Below are positions 32,755 to 42,511 of a DNA stretch of 64,000 bases, one piece after another. Positions within the stretch are counted from its first letter, which is position 1. Each line of letters begins with the position of its first letter. The position numbers and the translations under genes are program-made. Under the pieces are notes generated by a model. That model ran no database searches. It had not been told where the DNA came from and saw only the letters and a program-made list of their open reading frames with translations. Source of the stretch: a virus; the IMG/VR virus record IMGVR_UViG_3300028859_000013, positions 32,001 through 96,000 of that record; one strand, 5' to 3'.

Positions 32755-33645
32755 ATGAAAAAAGAAATTGCATTTTTTGATTTAGATAATACACTTTGGT
32801 ATATAAAGAGTGATATTTGGTTAATTGATAAAAATAAACCATCTATACCTATATTAAAAATTTCTCCTATTGAATTTGCATTAATAAATAATGGAATTTA
32901 TTCAAAAGATGAATTATCTATTGATTATAATGGAGAAACTTTTTTTATATCTAAAGATATGTTAGAACGAGTTCAAAGAAAGCACAGAAATATTAGATTA
33001 TCAAATTTAGGGATATCTTATAGTGAGTTTTTTAATGAAGATATTTTAAATAGTAAAGAAGTACAATTATTATTAGATAATGTTAAGCATCTTATTGGTA
33101 AAAATATAGAAATAGGAGTTTTAACAGCAAGAAGTGATAGAAAAAAACATGCAAATTTATTAAATAAATTAAGAGAAAAATTAAAAGAGTATGGTTTAGA
33201 AATAAGTAAAATATATTTTGTTTCTGAATCAATTAGATCTACTGGATTTATGGATAAAATAATTTATGATAAAAATAAAATTTTATTGGAGCATTTAATT
33301 GGTTTGACAATTGAAGATAAACGTTTTATTCCTGTTAAAAAAGAAGCTTATGATAAAGTTTATTTTTATGATGATGTTAAATCTAATTTTTTAAATACTA
33401 ATAATTTACAAGATTATTTTGATTTTTTGATTAGAAATAGTGACGATGAATGTATTGAATATATTAATAATAGATTACAAAATAATAATATATTTTTAAT
33501 AAATAATTTAATAAGTAATAATACAGTAAATCCATTTGAATCAAAAACAATAGAATTGAAGCCTCCTATTAAATTTCCTATTAAAGTTTCTGATAATAAA
33601 TTAACTGTTAAATTTGAGAATTTTAAAAATATTAATCTCTACTAA
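32755..33645 (+). CDS. HAD-superfamily hydrolase
   Basis: FFDLDNTL, LTAR and FYDD motifs. Confidence 0.75.
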   Translation: MKKEIAFFDLDNTLWYIKSDIWLIDKNKPSIPILKISPIEFALINNGIYSKDELSIDYNGETFFISKDMLERVQRKHRNIRLSNLGISYSEFFNEDILNSKEVQLLLDNVKHLIGKNIEIGVLTARSDRKKHANLLNKLREKLKEYGLEISKIYFVSESIRSTGFMDKIIYDKNKILLEHLIGLTIEDKRFIPVKKEAYDKVYFYDDVKSNFLNTNNLQDYFDFLIRNSDDECIEYINNRLQNNNIFLINNLISNNTVNPFESKTIELKPPIKFPIKVSDNKLTVKFENFKNINLY

Positions 33646-35083
33646 TTTTAACTGTTGATGTTGCAATTTTTCCAGTTCCGTCAGTTACTTTTACAGTATA
33701 ATTTGAAATCTCAATTAATGGTGTTATCAAAGTTTTAGATATATATGGTATATATGGTGTTAATGTTCTAGTACCATCGTCATAATCAAGATTAGGATCA
33801 TTTGCTATTATATTGCCATATGAATCTGTCCATTCAAATGTATAATTATAATCACCTCCATTTGCTGTTACACTTAGAATTGCTATTTGATTAATTTTTA
33901 CATGATCAGGATTTGCTGTTGCTGTTATTTTAAATTGTACATTATCTGAACGTTTTTTTATTTTATTAAATAATGCTATTATAACCGCTAAAATAGCGAA
34001 TATACTTGTTATAGAATCAGTTATAGATTTAATTATTGCTAATATTCCTGTAATGGTTGCAATTATACCTACCAAAAATGTCATAGGTAATAAATAACCT
34101 ATTATATCAAATGATGCTAAAAAAGGAAATATTTCACCTATTTTTGATTTTAAAGTTTTTATTGCCATCATCATAGTTTTTACAGCGGTTAATGCTGTTG
34201 GCATTCCAGCTCCAAATGGTAATATTATAACTGATGATACTAATGATGTTAGTGCTAATGCTATAGTTACTGTAGTATCAGCTATCAAATCAATAAATTC
34301 TCCTAATTTTATACCTAATTGTATTAATGAATCTTTTAATTCTTTTATCCATTTATCAATTTGCTTTGATATTGGATGTGAATCATCAATAGGTTTGTGA
34401 TAATTATCGTCTGTTGGTTTTGATACACAACTTGGATCTAAAATATCATTATCATATAAAATTCCATTTTTATAATATAATTTTCCATATATAAATAATT
34501 GAGCATCTTCTTCTGTCATTAATGGATTTGATATTAATAATACCTTTTTAGCTGTTTGTCTTTTTGTTAACAATAAAGGTTCAATAGTATTCCATAAAAT
34601 AGTTGTCACATCTTTTATTGCAGATAATCCTAATCCTTGTAGAATAATCATATCATTCTTTATTCCATCTATAATCTTTGTTAATTCATCCGTACCTAAA
34701 CTTATAGTATTACCTGTTATTCCAGATGTTACTCCTGATATTATCGTTGTTCCTGATGTTGATCCTGACCTTGCTATAGCATCTATACTAAAATTTGATG
34801 TTGTATTATTACTTGATGTTATACCTGATATAGATGAATTGTAAGTACCGTCATAGTAACCTGTAAATGGATATATCATAAATGGATTACTTGTTGTATA
34901 ATTTTGATATCTATTTATATCACTTTTAATTGTTTGTATTGCTCCATCTATTCCATGATATTCAATTCCATTAATTGAAGGATTGAAGTCCGAAGAAAAT
35001 AGTTTAGTATCTATAACTACTCCATTATATCTTATTTCTATATAAATTGTATCTCCTACTATATGACCTATAAATTCGAACAT
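33632..35083 (-). CDS. Hypothetical protein with hydrophobic helices and C-terminal Ig-like beta domain (possibly virion)
   Basis: Hydrophobic segments; GG..NYTFEW..YTVKVTD pattern. Confidence 0.5.
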   Translation of the reverse strand: MFEFIGHIVGDTIYIEIRYNGVVIDTKLFSSDFNPSINGIEYHGIDGAIQTIKSDINRYQNYTTSNPFMIYPFTGYYDGTYNSSISGITSSNNTTSNFSIDAIARSGSTSGTTIISGVTSGITGNTISLGTDELTKIIDGIKNDMIILQGLGLSAIKDVTTILWNTIEPLLLTKRQTAKKVLLISNPLMTEEDAQLFIYGKLYYKNGILYDNDILDPSCVSKPTDDNYHKPIDDSHPISKQIDKWIKELKDSLIQLGIKLGEFIDLIADTTVTIALALTSLVSSVIILPFGAGMPTALTAVKTMMMAIKTLKSKIGEIFPFLASFDIIGYLLPMTFLVGIIATITGILAIIKSITDSITSIFAILAVIIALFNKIKKRSDNVQFKITATANPDHVKINQIAILSVTANGGDYNYTFEWTDSYGNIIANDPNLDYDDGTRTLTPYIPYISKTLITPLIEISNYTVKVTDGTGKIATSTVKISRD

Positions 35084-35170
35084 ATTAATTTTTTAATTTT
35101 AAATATATATATAAAAATATTAATGTTATATTTCATTTTTAAATTTTTATATATAAAATAAAATTTTTAT

Positions 35171-36409
35171 ATGAAAAATATATATTCAAAAAATGAATTT
35201 TTAAATATTCATAATGATAGTAATTTAACAAATGAAGGATTATTTAATTTTATAGGTAAATTATTTAATACTATTTCAACTTACATAAAAAAAGTAAAAG
35301 GAGGACAAGAAATTCAAGATATTTATAATAAATTTCTAACAAAAATTAATGATGATATTAAAAAGAAAGTTCAAGTAGATTTAAGTTTAACTGCAGATAA
35401 TCAAATAAAAACTACTATAACTACTACGATAGCAACTACTCCAATAGTTACTACAAATACTACTACAGTACCTGTAAAAGAAAATAATATCGTAAGGGTA
35501 CATTTAAAAAATAAATTAAATGAAGCAGATGTTGCGACAGCAGTTAATAACGTGAAAAATGTAGTAAATCAAGCTAAAGATGCTATAAATCCAAGCATAG
35601 AAAAAAAAGAAGCAGGAACAAATGTAAAAATGACTATAGATGCATTAAAGAGCAAAGGTAATCTTATTCAACAAATAATTGATACAGACGCTGCTGTTGC
35701 AAGAAATGAAATGAATAGAGTACTAGCTAAGTATGGTGGACAAGAAAAAAATCCAAAATTAGCTGTTATTATAGGAAATAAAATAGATGAGTTTAAATTA
35801 GCATATTTAAATGCTAAAATAAAAATATATGACGCTGGCGGAGATAGAACAGCTTCACTTGCTGTAGCTAAAAATAGAGATGTATTATCTAAACAATTAG
35901 ATGAAAAATGGAAAAACTTATCAAAAGAACAGCCTGCTGGTCAATCAACAGATTTAAAAATTGGAGATACTGTTAAATTTCATTCTGATGCGTTGAATAA
36001 AGATGTTGAAGAAAAAATAATTAAAGTTGAAGGAGATACGTTAACATTTAAAGGAGATAAAGGAGATTTTACTAAAAAGAAAACTGAGGTAACTAAAATA
36101 GTACCAGTAGAAACCCCTGCTAAACCTGTTGAATTTAAAGTTGGAGATAAAATTACTTGGAAGCCAGATGGTCAAGATAAAGAAATTATTAGAACTATAA
36201 CAAAAGTAGATAAAGATATATTAACTTTTAAGCAAGGAGATGAACAAGATGGACAAGAGCAAACTAAAAAATCAAGTGATGTTAAAAAAATAGAAGCACA
36301 GCCAGCGTCAGCACAAGTTCAGAAAGCAGCGCCAATAACACCTGCAGCACCAATTACACCTGCAGCACCAATTACACCTGCAGCGCCAATAACACCTGCA
36401 GCAAAATAA
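35171..36409 (+). CDS. Putative virion-internal protein with duplicated KxGD domains and AAPITP tail
   Basis: MKNIYSKNEF start; two K(I/V)GD..K repeats. Confidence 0.55.
   Translation: MKNIYSKNEFLNIHNDSNLTNEGLFNFIGKLFNTISTYIKKVKGGQEIQDIYNKFLTKINDDIKKKVQVDLSLTADNQIKTTITTTIATTPIVTTNTTTVPVKENNIVRVHLKNKLNEADVATAVNNVKNVVNQAKDAINPSIEKKEAGTNVKMTIDALKSKGNLIQQIIDTDAAVARNEMNRVLAKYGGQEKNPKLAVIIGNKIDEFKLAYLNAKIKIYDAGGDRTASLAVAKNRDVLSKQLDEKWKNLSKEQPAGQSTDLKIGDTVKFHSDALNKDVEEKIIKVEGDTLTFKGDKGDFTKKKTEVTKIVPVETPAKPVEFKVGDKITWKPDGQDKEIIRTITKVDKDILTFKQGDEQDGQEQTKKSSDVKKIEAQPASAQVQKAAPITPAAPITPAAPITPAAPITPAAK
36326..36403 (+). repeat. 18-bp tandem repeat encoding (AAPITP)x4, followed by an (AAAAT)n run
   Basis: GCAGC(G/A)CCAAT(A/T)ACACCT x4. 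Confidence 0.85.
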
Positions 36410-36433
36410 AATAAAATAAAATAAAATAAAATA

Positions 36434-37324
36434 ATGAATATAATATTATATAATAATTTTTTAATAGAGAATGCTGAATCTTCTATATCTGATTTTTTGA
36501 AAACTCAATATAATCATATATTTCCAGATCCTACTCAATCATTAAATAATCTATTTTCTGATTTTAATAAAAAATTATATACAGAAAAAAATATTTCTAA
36601 TTTATATCAGATGTATTTGAAATCAAGTCAAACTCTTACTCAAAATGAAATTAATAATGCTACTGATATTATTGGAGTAGATAAAATATTAACAGAAAGC
36701 ATTAAATATTTTTATTTTTCTTTGAAACCAATTATAAATAAATTACAAAATGATCAATTTACAGTTACTGAAATATTTGGAAGATCAAGGGATAAAAGAT
36801 TAGCTACATTAATGAGTTATTCCGAAGATCAATTTACAAATGCAGCAGCAACATATGCATCAACAGTAATTACCGAAATTAAAACATCTGCAGGTATAAA
36901 TTCAAATACAGGTACAACTACTACTAACACTACTAGTGTGAATCCAAATACTAGTACCAATACTACAACTGTTATACAAACTACATCAGAATCTATAACA
37001 GATAGAATAAACTATAAAATTAATAGAATATTAGAAGCCGATAATATTGTTAATAATACAAATTTAATAAATTATAAGAAATCTGCAATAAATTGGATAA
37101 ATATATCATTATTTGATATGATAAAACCTAAAATTCAGTTATTGAGTCAAATAAGTGCTAATACAAGTAATAGCGTTGATCAATTATCAACTCAAATGAA
37201 AGGTACAACTAACGAAAATGCAAAAAAGATTATTCTTAATAAAATTCTTAATATGAATAAAGAAGAATTACAAACATTAGTAAATACATTAGGATTAACA
37301 AAAGAGCAATTGGGAGATTTATAA
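36434..37324 (+). CDS. Putative virion-internal protein with Thr-rich linker
   Basis: Starts MNIILYNNFLIE. Confidence 0.5.
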   Translation: MNIILYNNFLIENAESSISDFLKTQYNHIFPDPTQSLNNLFSDFNKKLYTEKNISNLYQMYLKSSQTLTQNEINNATDIIGVDKILTESIKYFYFSLKPIINKLQNDQFTVTEIFGRSRDKRLATLMSYSEDQFTNAAATYASTVITEIKTSAGINSNTGTTTTNTTSVNPNTSTNTTTVIQTTSESITDRINYKINRILEADNIVNNTNLINYKKSAINWINISLFDMIKPKIQLLSQISANTSNSVDQLSTQMKGTTNENAKKIILNKILNMNKEELQTLVNTLGLTKEQLGDL

Positions 37325-37576
37325 AAAACTAAATAAAATGAAAATATAAAAATTTGAAGCATATAAATATAGAGGTAAAAAATTAGATATTATAAATAGA
37401 AAGGAATTTATAAGTGTAATTTCTTCATCTTTTGCATCTGATATGTTTGAATTCCAAAATAATGGAAATAGTTATTATACTGATTCAGAAATTTTACTAA
37501 TTTATTTGATGAATAATGAAACAGGAGAAGAAAAAACAATTAGATTGGATTTATCTGATATGGGAATTGAAATAGG

Positions 37577-38944
37577 TAGTATTTAATATCTTTAATTAAA
37601 TCAATGAAAAACAATGATTTTTTAATGAATATTTTCATTAAAATTATTATAAACTTTAAATTAAAATAATACTATAAATTAAATGTTAAAGGCAATTAAA
37701 ATAAGACTGTATCCAAGTGAAGATAAAATTATTGATATAAATAAATTGATTGGATCTGCACGATTTGTTTATAACAAATGTCTTAGTTTTAAATCAATTG
37801 AATATGGGTTATTTAATACTTCAACAGGCATAGGTCAAACAAACAAACACTACATAGAATTAAAAACTAAATATTCATGGCTTGGTGAAGCACACTCAAA
37901 GGTAATGCAACAATCCATGATGAATCTTGAACAGGCCTTTAGTAATTTCTTTAAAGACCTAAAGAAAGGTGATAAAAAGATCGGAGTTGGTTACCCAGAC
38001 TTCAAGAAAAAGAAATTTAAAGAAACATGTAGATTTCCAAGTGATGCGATATCAAGTGTCAAAGGAAATAGAATTAATATCATTAAATCTTTAAAAAATA
38101 TTCATTTTAAATGTTCCGTAAGTGATGAAAAATACCTAAACAAACATCAAAAAGAAATTAAATCAGGGACGTTAACTAAGACTAAATCAGGACATTATAT
38201 ATTTAGTATTTTAATTGATCGTCCAAATAAAACTTTAAAGAAAGCTACAAATGATGTCATTGGTTTAGATTTAGGCATTAAGGATTTCATCGTAACGTCC
38301 GAAGGACAAAAGTATGAAAATCTTAAAATTAAAAGAAAGAATGAAGTCAAATTATCAAGACTTTACAGGCAATTATCAAGAAAAAAGAAAGGTTCGAAGA
38401 ATAAAAATAAGACAAGGATAAAGCTTGCTAAGTTTCATGAAAAATTAAATAATCAAAAAGAATACTACTTACATCAAACGGTGAATCAAATCCTTAGTGA
38501 AAACCAAACTATCGGTATTGAAAACCTTAATGTAAAAGGCATGATGAAAAATCATAATTTAGCTAAATCTATCCAGGAAGTGTCCTGGTCAAGGTTTAGA
38601 ACGATATTAACCTATAAATCTGAATGGTATAACCGTGAAGTAATTGTTGTTGATAGATTTTTCGCTTCCACTAAACTATGTAGTGAGTGTGGTTACAAAA
38701 ATGATGACTTGACGTTGAAAGATAGATTCTGGATTTGCCCTAAGTGCGGTAAATTACATGATCGTGACATCAATTCAGGAATAAATATTAAAATAGAAGT
38801 AATTAGAATTAAAATAGGACTGAGTTCACCCAAATCAACGCTTCAGGAGAGTAAATCCATTAGATCCTCTGTGAATGAAGAAACAAACAGTAAAAGACCT
38901 AAAATGATTAAACAGTGATTTCATTGTTTTTCATTATTTTACCG
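37577..38944 (+). mobile_element. Non-autonomous tnpB-only element (IS607/IS200-IS605-like)
   Basis: Interrupts a gene; perfect 15-bp subterminal inverted repeat AATGAAAAACAATGA (37603-37617 / 38921-38935); no tnpA, no TSD. Confidence 0.75.
37683..38918 (+). CDS. tnpB: TnpB RNA-guided endonuclease
   Basis: KIRLYP HTH, RuvC-I GLDLG, RuvC-II IENL, CxxCG..CPxCG Zn finger, RuvC-III HDRDINSGINI. Confidence 0.93.
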   Translation: MLKAIKIRLYPSEDKIIDINKLIGSARFVYNKCLSFKSIEYGLFNTSTGIGQTNKHYIELKTKYSWLGEAHSKVMQQSMMNLEQAFSNFFKDLKKGDKKIGVGYPDFKKKKFKETCRFPSDAISSVKGNRINIIKSLKNIHFKCSVSDEKYLNKHQKEIKSGTLTKTKSGHYIFSILIDRPNKTLKKATNDVIGLDLGIKDFIVTSEGQKYENLKIKRKNEVKLSRLYRQLSRKKKGSKNKNKTRIKLAKFHEKLNNQKEYYLHQTVNQILSENQTIGIENLNVKGMMKNHNLAKSIQEVSWSRFRTILTYKSEWYNREVIVVDRFFASTKLCSECGYKNDDLTLKDRFWICPKCGKLHDRDINSGINIKIEVIRIKIGLSSPKSTLQESKSIRSSVNEETNSKRPKMIKQ

Positions 38945-39115
38945 AACTATGGAATGGTATGATGAAGATGAGATAGAAAACCATGATGATTTAGGAGTAT
39001 TTACTCCAGAAAGAAATTTAGATGAAGATATAACAAAAGCATATAAATCTAATAAAAAAGATTTTACAAAATTTAACATATAAAATAATTTAAACATTAT
39101 TTATAAAAAATAATA

Positions 39116-40161
39116 ATGATTATCCGCAAAGTATGCAGTTCTAAATTTTAACTTTACTGTATGTTAAATGTTTAAAGTTTGATTCGTAAGATGCGGTAAC
39201 AGCGAGTAATCTTTCAAAGGGGTCAAGGGGTATTTTGATCCGATTGAATTTGTAGCAAAATTCATTCAAATACCCTTGAAGGAATTCTGATTTTATACCG
39301 TGATACATATCATCAATCAATGATTTTGCATTACTTATGGCTATGTGTACCCAAGGCAGTACCTTAGCGATTTTTTCAGGTGGAACAACCGAAGCATCGT
39401 GTTGGGCAAAATGGTCTTTGAAGTTCGTGTATGAGGTAGAGCCGTCAGTTGTAATTTTTGCATCTTTATCTATCGATGTATTTGCTTTCTGATCTATAGT
39501 TACTGCTTTTAAGTCGGGAATAACTATCATTTTCAGATGATTGACCCGTTTAGGCTTTTGTGGGTTTTTGGGATTTTCAACCTGCTCACTTTCGACCATT
39601 ACAAGTACTTTGCTTTTTTTCTGACTGCCACGTCCACGTTTCAATGGTTCGTTTTTTCCTTTTTCATCTCGTTCGGTAGAGAAAAAGCCTTCATCAAGTT
39701 CTATCATCCCGGACAAGGTATATTGGGCATCGCGTTGCCCCATTACACTACGGATCTTATGAAGCATTTCCCAAATGGGTTGATATCGTTTATGACCTAA
39801 TTGTCGTTGCATCTCAGAGGCTGAAAAAGTCTTTTTTGTACTTGTCATCAAATGAATGGCTTTAAACCAATATAAAAAAGGCAATTTAGAACCGTGCATA
39901 ATAGTGCCTGAACGTAAAGACCTACGACAATGACAGGATTTACATTCAAAATGCATCGAAGCAGGTAACCATGTATGCTCTTTATTACCGCAATGAGGAC
40001 ATACAATACCGGATTTAATCCGCATCTCTTTGAATTTTTCAATACAAACGGCTTCATTTGGGAAGTGTTTGTCAAAGTCTAATAGTTTCATATAACTGTT
40101 GATTTATTACTCTAAAGATACGAAATATTCTTGACAAAATGTGTTAAATGCGGATAATCAT
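39116..40161 (-). mobile_element. IS1595-family insertion sequence
   Basis: 13-bp TIR ATGATTATCCGCA / TGCGGATAATCAT; flanking direct repeat AAAAATAATA (39106-39115, 40162-40171); visibly higher GC. Confidence 0.88.
39141..40091 (-). CDS. IS1595-family DDE transposase
   Basis: CPHCG..CxxC Zn ribbon, ELDE, TDG, YHG and YLNEFCYKFNR. Confidence 0.92.
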   Translation of the reverse strand: MKLLDFDKHFPNEAVCIEKFKEMRIKSGIVCPHCGNKEHTWLPASMHFECKSCHCRRSLRSGTIMHGSKLPFLYWFKAIHLMTSTKKTFSASEMQRQLGHKRYQPIWEMLHKIRSVMGQRDAQYTLSGMIELDEGFFSTERDEKGKNEPLKRGRGSQKKSKVLVMVESEQVENPKNPQKPKRVNHLKMIVIPDLKAVTIDQKANTSIDKDAKITTDGSTSYTNFKDHFAQHDASVVPPEKIAKVLPWVHIAISNAKSLIDDMYHGIKSEFLQGYLNEFCYKFNRIKIPLDPFERLLAVTASYESNFKHLTYSKVKI

Positions 40162-40188
40162 AAAAATAATATAACAAATAAAAATAAT

Positions 40189-40935
40189 ATGATATTTAAA
40201 AGATATAACGATTTTTTGGTAGAAAATGCATTATTTAAAGGTGATTATGATAGATATGACAATTACTTTGATGATATAGAAAATAATAAAAAAACATTAA
40301 AAAATTTTGATATTGAGATAAATTTATTGATTTCTAGATTTAAAAATCTGGATTATACTAAAATAAAGTTTAGTAAATCAAGATATAAGGATGATGAAAA
40401 TTTTGAAATAAAATTTCCTATTGAGATAAAGACTTTAATTACTCCTTTTGACGGATTATTACAAGAAATAGAAAATAGAAATGATGTATTATATCATAAA
40501 ATAATTAATTCATATTTTAATGGAAATGAACCAATTTTTTTATTTGATGTTCAAATAGAAAGAAATTATTTTAATAAATTTCATTTTCCAGTTGATTTAC
40601 CAGTAATTTTTAGAAATCTTGGATTAGGTAAGAAAATAATCAAAGCAGCAATATACAATTTTGAATATTTATTATTTACAAAAGAAGATGACTCATTTGA
40701 ACTAAAAACCACAGTTCATTCTATCACAGAAATGAAAGATGTATATTCTTTCATGAAAGAACAAAATATATTAATATTTAAAGATGACTTTGATTTAATT
40801 AAAAAAATATTACCTAAGTTTTTTAGTGATGATTATGATAATAAATATACATTAGATGAAGATTTTTTTATTAAATATAAAGATGAAATAACTAACGATG
40901 AATTTTTATCAGAATTATATAAAAATAAATTATAA
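40189..40935 (+). CDS. Hypothetical protein, possible GNAT-like fold, capsid-targeting-like N-terminus
   Basis: True start likely ATG 40189 (MIFKRYNDFLVE) because the track's GTG lies inside the IS end; P..FRNLGLGK resembles GNAT motif A. Confidence 0.5.
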   Translation: MIFKRYNDFLVENALFKGDYDRYDNYFDDIENNKKTLKNFDIEINLLISRFKNLDYTKIKFSKSRYKDDENFEIKFPIEIKTLITPFDGLLQEIENRNDVLYHKIINSYFNGNEPIFLFDVQIERNYFNKFHFPVDLPVIFRNLGLGKKIIKAAIYNFEYLLFTKEDDSFELKTTVHSITEMKDVYSFMKEQNILIFKDDFDLIKKILPKFFSDDYDNKYTLDEDFFIKYKDEITNDEFLSELYKNKL

Positions 40936-40999
40936 AAATATCTAAAATATTTTGATATATAAAATGTATTTATTATCTTTGTGACTTAAAAATTAAATC

Positions 41000-41350
41000 A
41001 TGAATATAATAAATTTTTTATTTTATAAATCAGAAAAAACTATGCACATAAATAGTACAGATATTGATAATTGTACTAGATATAAAGATAAATGGATCCA
41101 ACCTTATACAGAAGTTATTAAAAATAAAATAATTACTGATTCTAATAAAATGATAGATGAAGTGAATTTGAAATATAAAAGAAAAAATAAAAAAGAACTT
41201 ATTATTGAAATAACTTTATGCTTAAATAGAATAGATAGAAACTATGATGATCACGGAATTAGTAATAAACAATATCAAGCAGAATTTGAGCATTTTATAA
41301 AATCAACAATACTAATATATAAAAATAACGTAATATATGAAAGTAGATAA
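41000..41350 (+). CDS. Hypothetical protein
   Basis: Downstream of the TATCTTTG element at 40974. Confidence 0.5.
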   Translation: MNIINFLFYKSEKTMHINSTDIDNCTRYKDKWIQPYTEVIKNKIITDSNKMIDEVNLKYKRKNKKELIIEITLCLNRIDRNYDDHGISNKQYQAEFEHFIKSTILIYKNNVIYESR

Positions 41351-41744
41351 ATTTAATGAGACATACGAAGAAATAATTCATATTGAAGGTAATGATGTAT
41401 CAAATGATTCAGTACCAATAACAAATAATCGTGATATATTAACTTATATGGTTAATATTCAAACTGATGCATTTAAATCTCATAAATTAGTATTAACTAG
41501 TAATTTAATTGAACCTTTAACAAAAATTTTTGGTACTCAAAATAAAACAATGAGACTTGAGTTTATGACAAAGTTGTGGGTTTTAAAATTTAAAGATTTG
41601 ACATTTAATGTTTATACAGCAAAGAATAGAGGAACATCTTATGAAGTTTGTGACTATTCATATGAAGATATTCGTACAGATAAATTATTAACAAAAAAAA
41701 TTATAGAATTTTTAGATGAATTGTATAAATTAATAAACGAATAA
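41337..41744 (+). CDS. Hypothetical protein
   Basis: Starts MKVDKFNE. Confidence 0.55.
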   Translation: MKVDKFNETYEEIIHIEGNDVSNDSVPITNNRDILTYMVNIQTDAFKSHKLVLTSNLIEPLTKIFGTQNKTMRLEFMTKLWVLKFKDLTFNVYTAKNRGTSYEVCDYSYEDIRTDKLLTKKIIEFLDELYKLINE

Positions 41745-41749
41745 ATAAT

Positions 41750-42091
41750 ATGAAAAAAGCTTATATCGTAAAACTAATTGATGGCGATAATGATACCATT
41801 ATGAAACTTGTTGATCAGGAAACTTGGAATTGGATAAATTTAGATAAATCTGGACAACCAACTCCTACTAAGGTGAAAAAATTTAAATTTTTTGCTACTG
41901 CTACTGGTGGTAGATGGGATGATAAATTGTGTCCAGATTCAATCCGAGAACGGATCAAAAATGATACAGAATTAAATAATTGTATTTTTGATGGTGTTTG
42001 GATAACAGAAGGTACTTGGAACAACGATAGAGCTATATTAGCACCAGCATTAGAAGATAATAACGAAGATTTTAAAAATAGAAAAAAATGA
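41750..42091 (+). CDS. Hypothetical protein
   Basis: ORF in operon. Confidence 0.5.
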   Translation: MKKAYIVKLIDGDNDTIMKLVDQETWNWINLDKSGQPTPTKVKKFKFFATATGGRWDDKLCPDSIRERIKNDTELNNCIFDGVWITEGTWNNDRAILAPALEDNNEDFKNRKK

Positions 42092-42130
42092 CTTTTTTTA
42101 TATAATATATAAGAAAGTAGAAAATAAAAT

Positions 42131-42156
42131 AAACAAAATACAAATTTAAATATATA
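42131..42156 (+). promoter_or_regulatory. AAAC-N16-TATATA promoter of the leader/tRNA operon
   Basis: Exact spacing shared with six other sites in the window. Confidence 0.65.
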
Positions 42157-42163
42157 CAATATC

Positions 42164-42262
42164 ATGAACAACATTAGTAGAAATATCACAGCAGTCACAA
42201 CAACAACTACCCCCGCAGGAGGCAGACCAGTCGTGTATTTGGGTGATAATAATCTAAGTTGA
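42164..42262 (+). CDS. Putative attenuator leader peptide MNNISRNITAVTTTTTPAGGRPVVYLGDNNLS (not in ORF track)
   Basis: GC-rich run of Thr/Ala/Val/Pro/Gly/Arg codons between promoter and terminator, upstream of tRNAs. Confidence 0.75.
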   Translation: MNNISRNITAVTTTTTPAGGRPVVYLGDNNLS

Positions 42263-42290
42263 TATTTTTATAAAATATTTTAATAGTGTT

Positions 42291-42333
42291 AAAAACCCAA
42301 AGATGATTATTCAACTTTGGGTTTTTTCTTTTT
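42291..42333 (+). terminator. Conditional intrinsic terminator (attenuator)
   Basis: AAAAACCCAAAG / CTTTGGGTTTTT stem plus U tract; its 5' arm can instead pair with TTTGGGT at 42238-42244. Confidence 0.8.
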
Positions 42334-42345
42334 AAATAATTAATT

Positions 42346-42423
42346 GGTCCTGTATTGGCAGAATTTCCTAAATTCTATGTGCATAATGGAATGAAAATGA
42401 GAGTTCAAATCTCTTCTGGACTA
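42346..42423 (+). tRNA. Atypical tRNA-Arg(CCT), D-arm absent, long variable region
   Basis: Acceptor GGTCCTG/CTGGACT; AGAAT-TTCCTAA-ATTCT; T-arm GAGAG-TTCAAAT-CTCTT. Confidence 0.65.
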
Positions 42424-42433
42424 CAATAAACAT

Positions 42434-42494
42434 CGGGAGTATGTGGTAGTGTCTCGGGTACCGACACAAGAAAGTTCGACTCTTTCTCTTCCGA
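42434..42494 (+). tRNA. 61-nt D-armless tRNA-Pro-like RNA (anticodon uncertain, CGG or GGG)
   Basis: C1-G72/A73 acceptor; GTGTC-TCGGGTACC-GACAC; T-arm GAAAG-TTCGACT-CTTTC. Confidence 0.5.
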
Positions 42495-42511
42495 CAAAGG
42501 TTGAATTAAAT

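Larger units (their letters stand above)
37338..39083 (+). pseudogene. KFNI-family gene split by the tnpB element
   Basis: 5' half MKI*KFEAYKYRG...DMGIEIG (37338-37576) and 3' half TMEWYDEDE...FTKFNI* (38945-39083) rejoin in frame. Confidence 0.75.

Noticed and set aside
11758-36433. CRISPR array at the 21-bp and 18-bp repeats
   Set aside because: The repeats are contiguous, lack spacers and encode in-frame low-complexity linkers.
37577-38944. IStron (group I intron plus TnpB) that would splice and restore the KFNI gene
   Set aside because: Only about 100 nt of AT-rich sequence precedes tnpB with no visible group I core, and the host gene also has a stop at codon 4.
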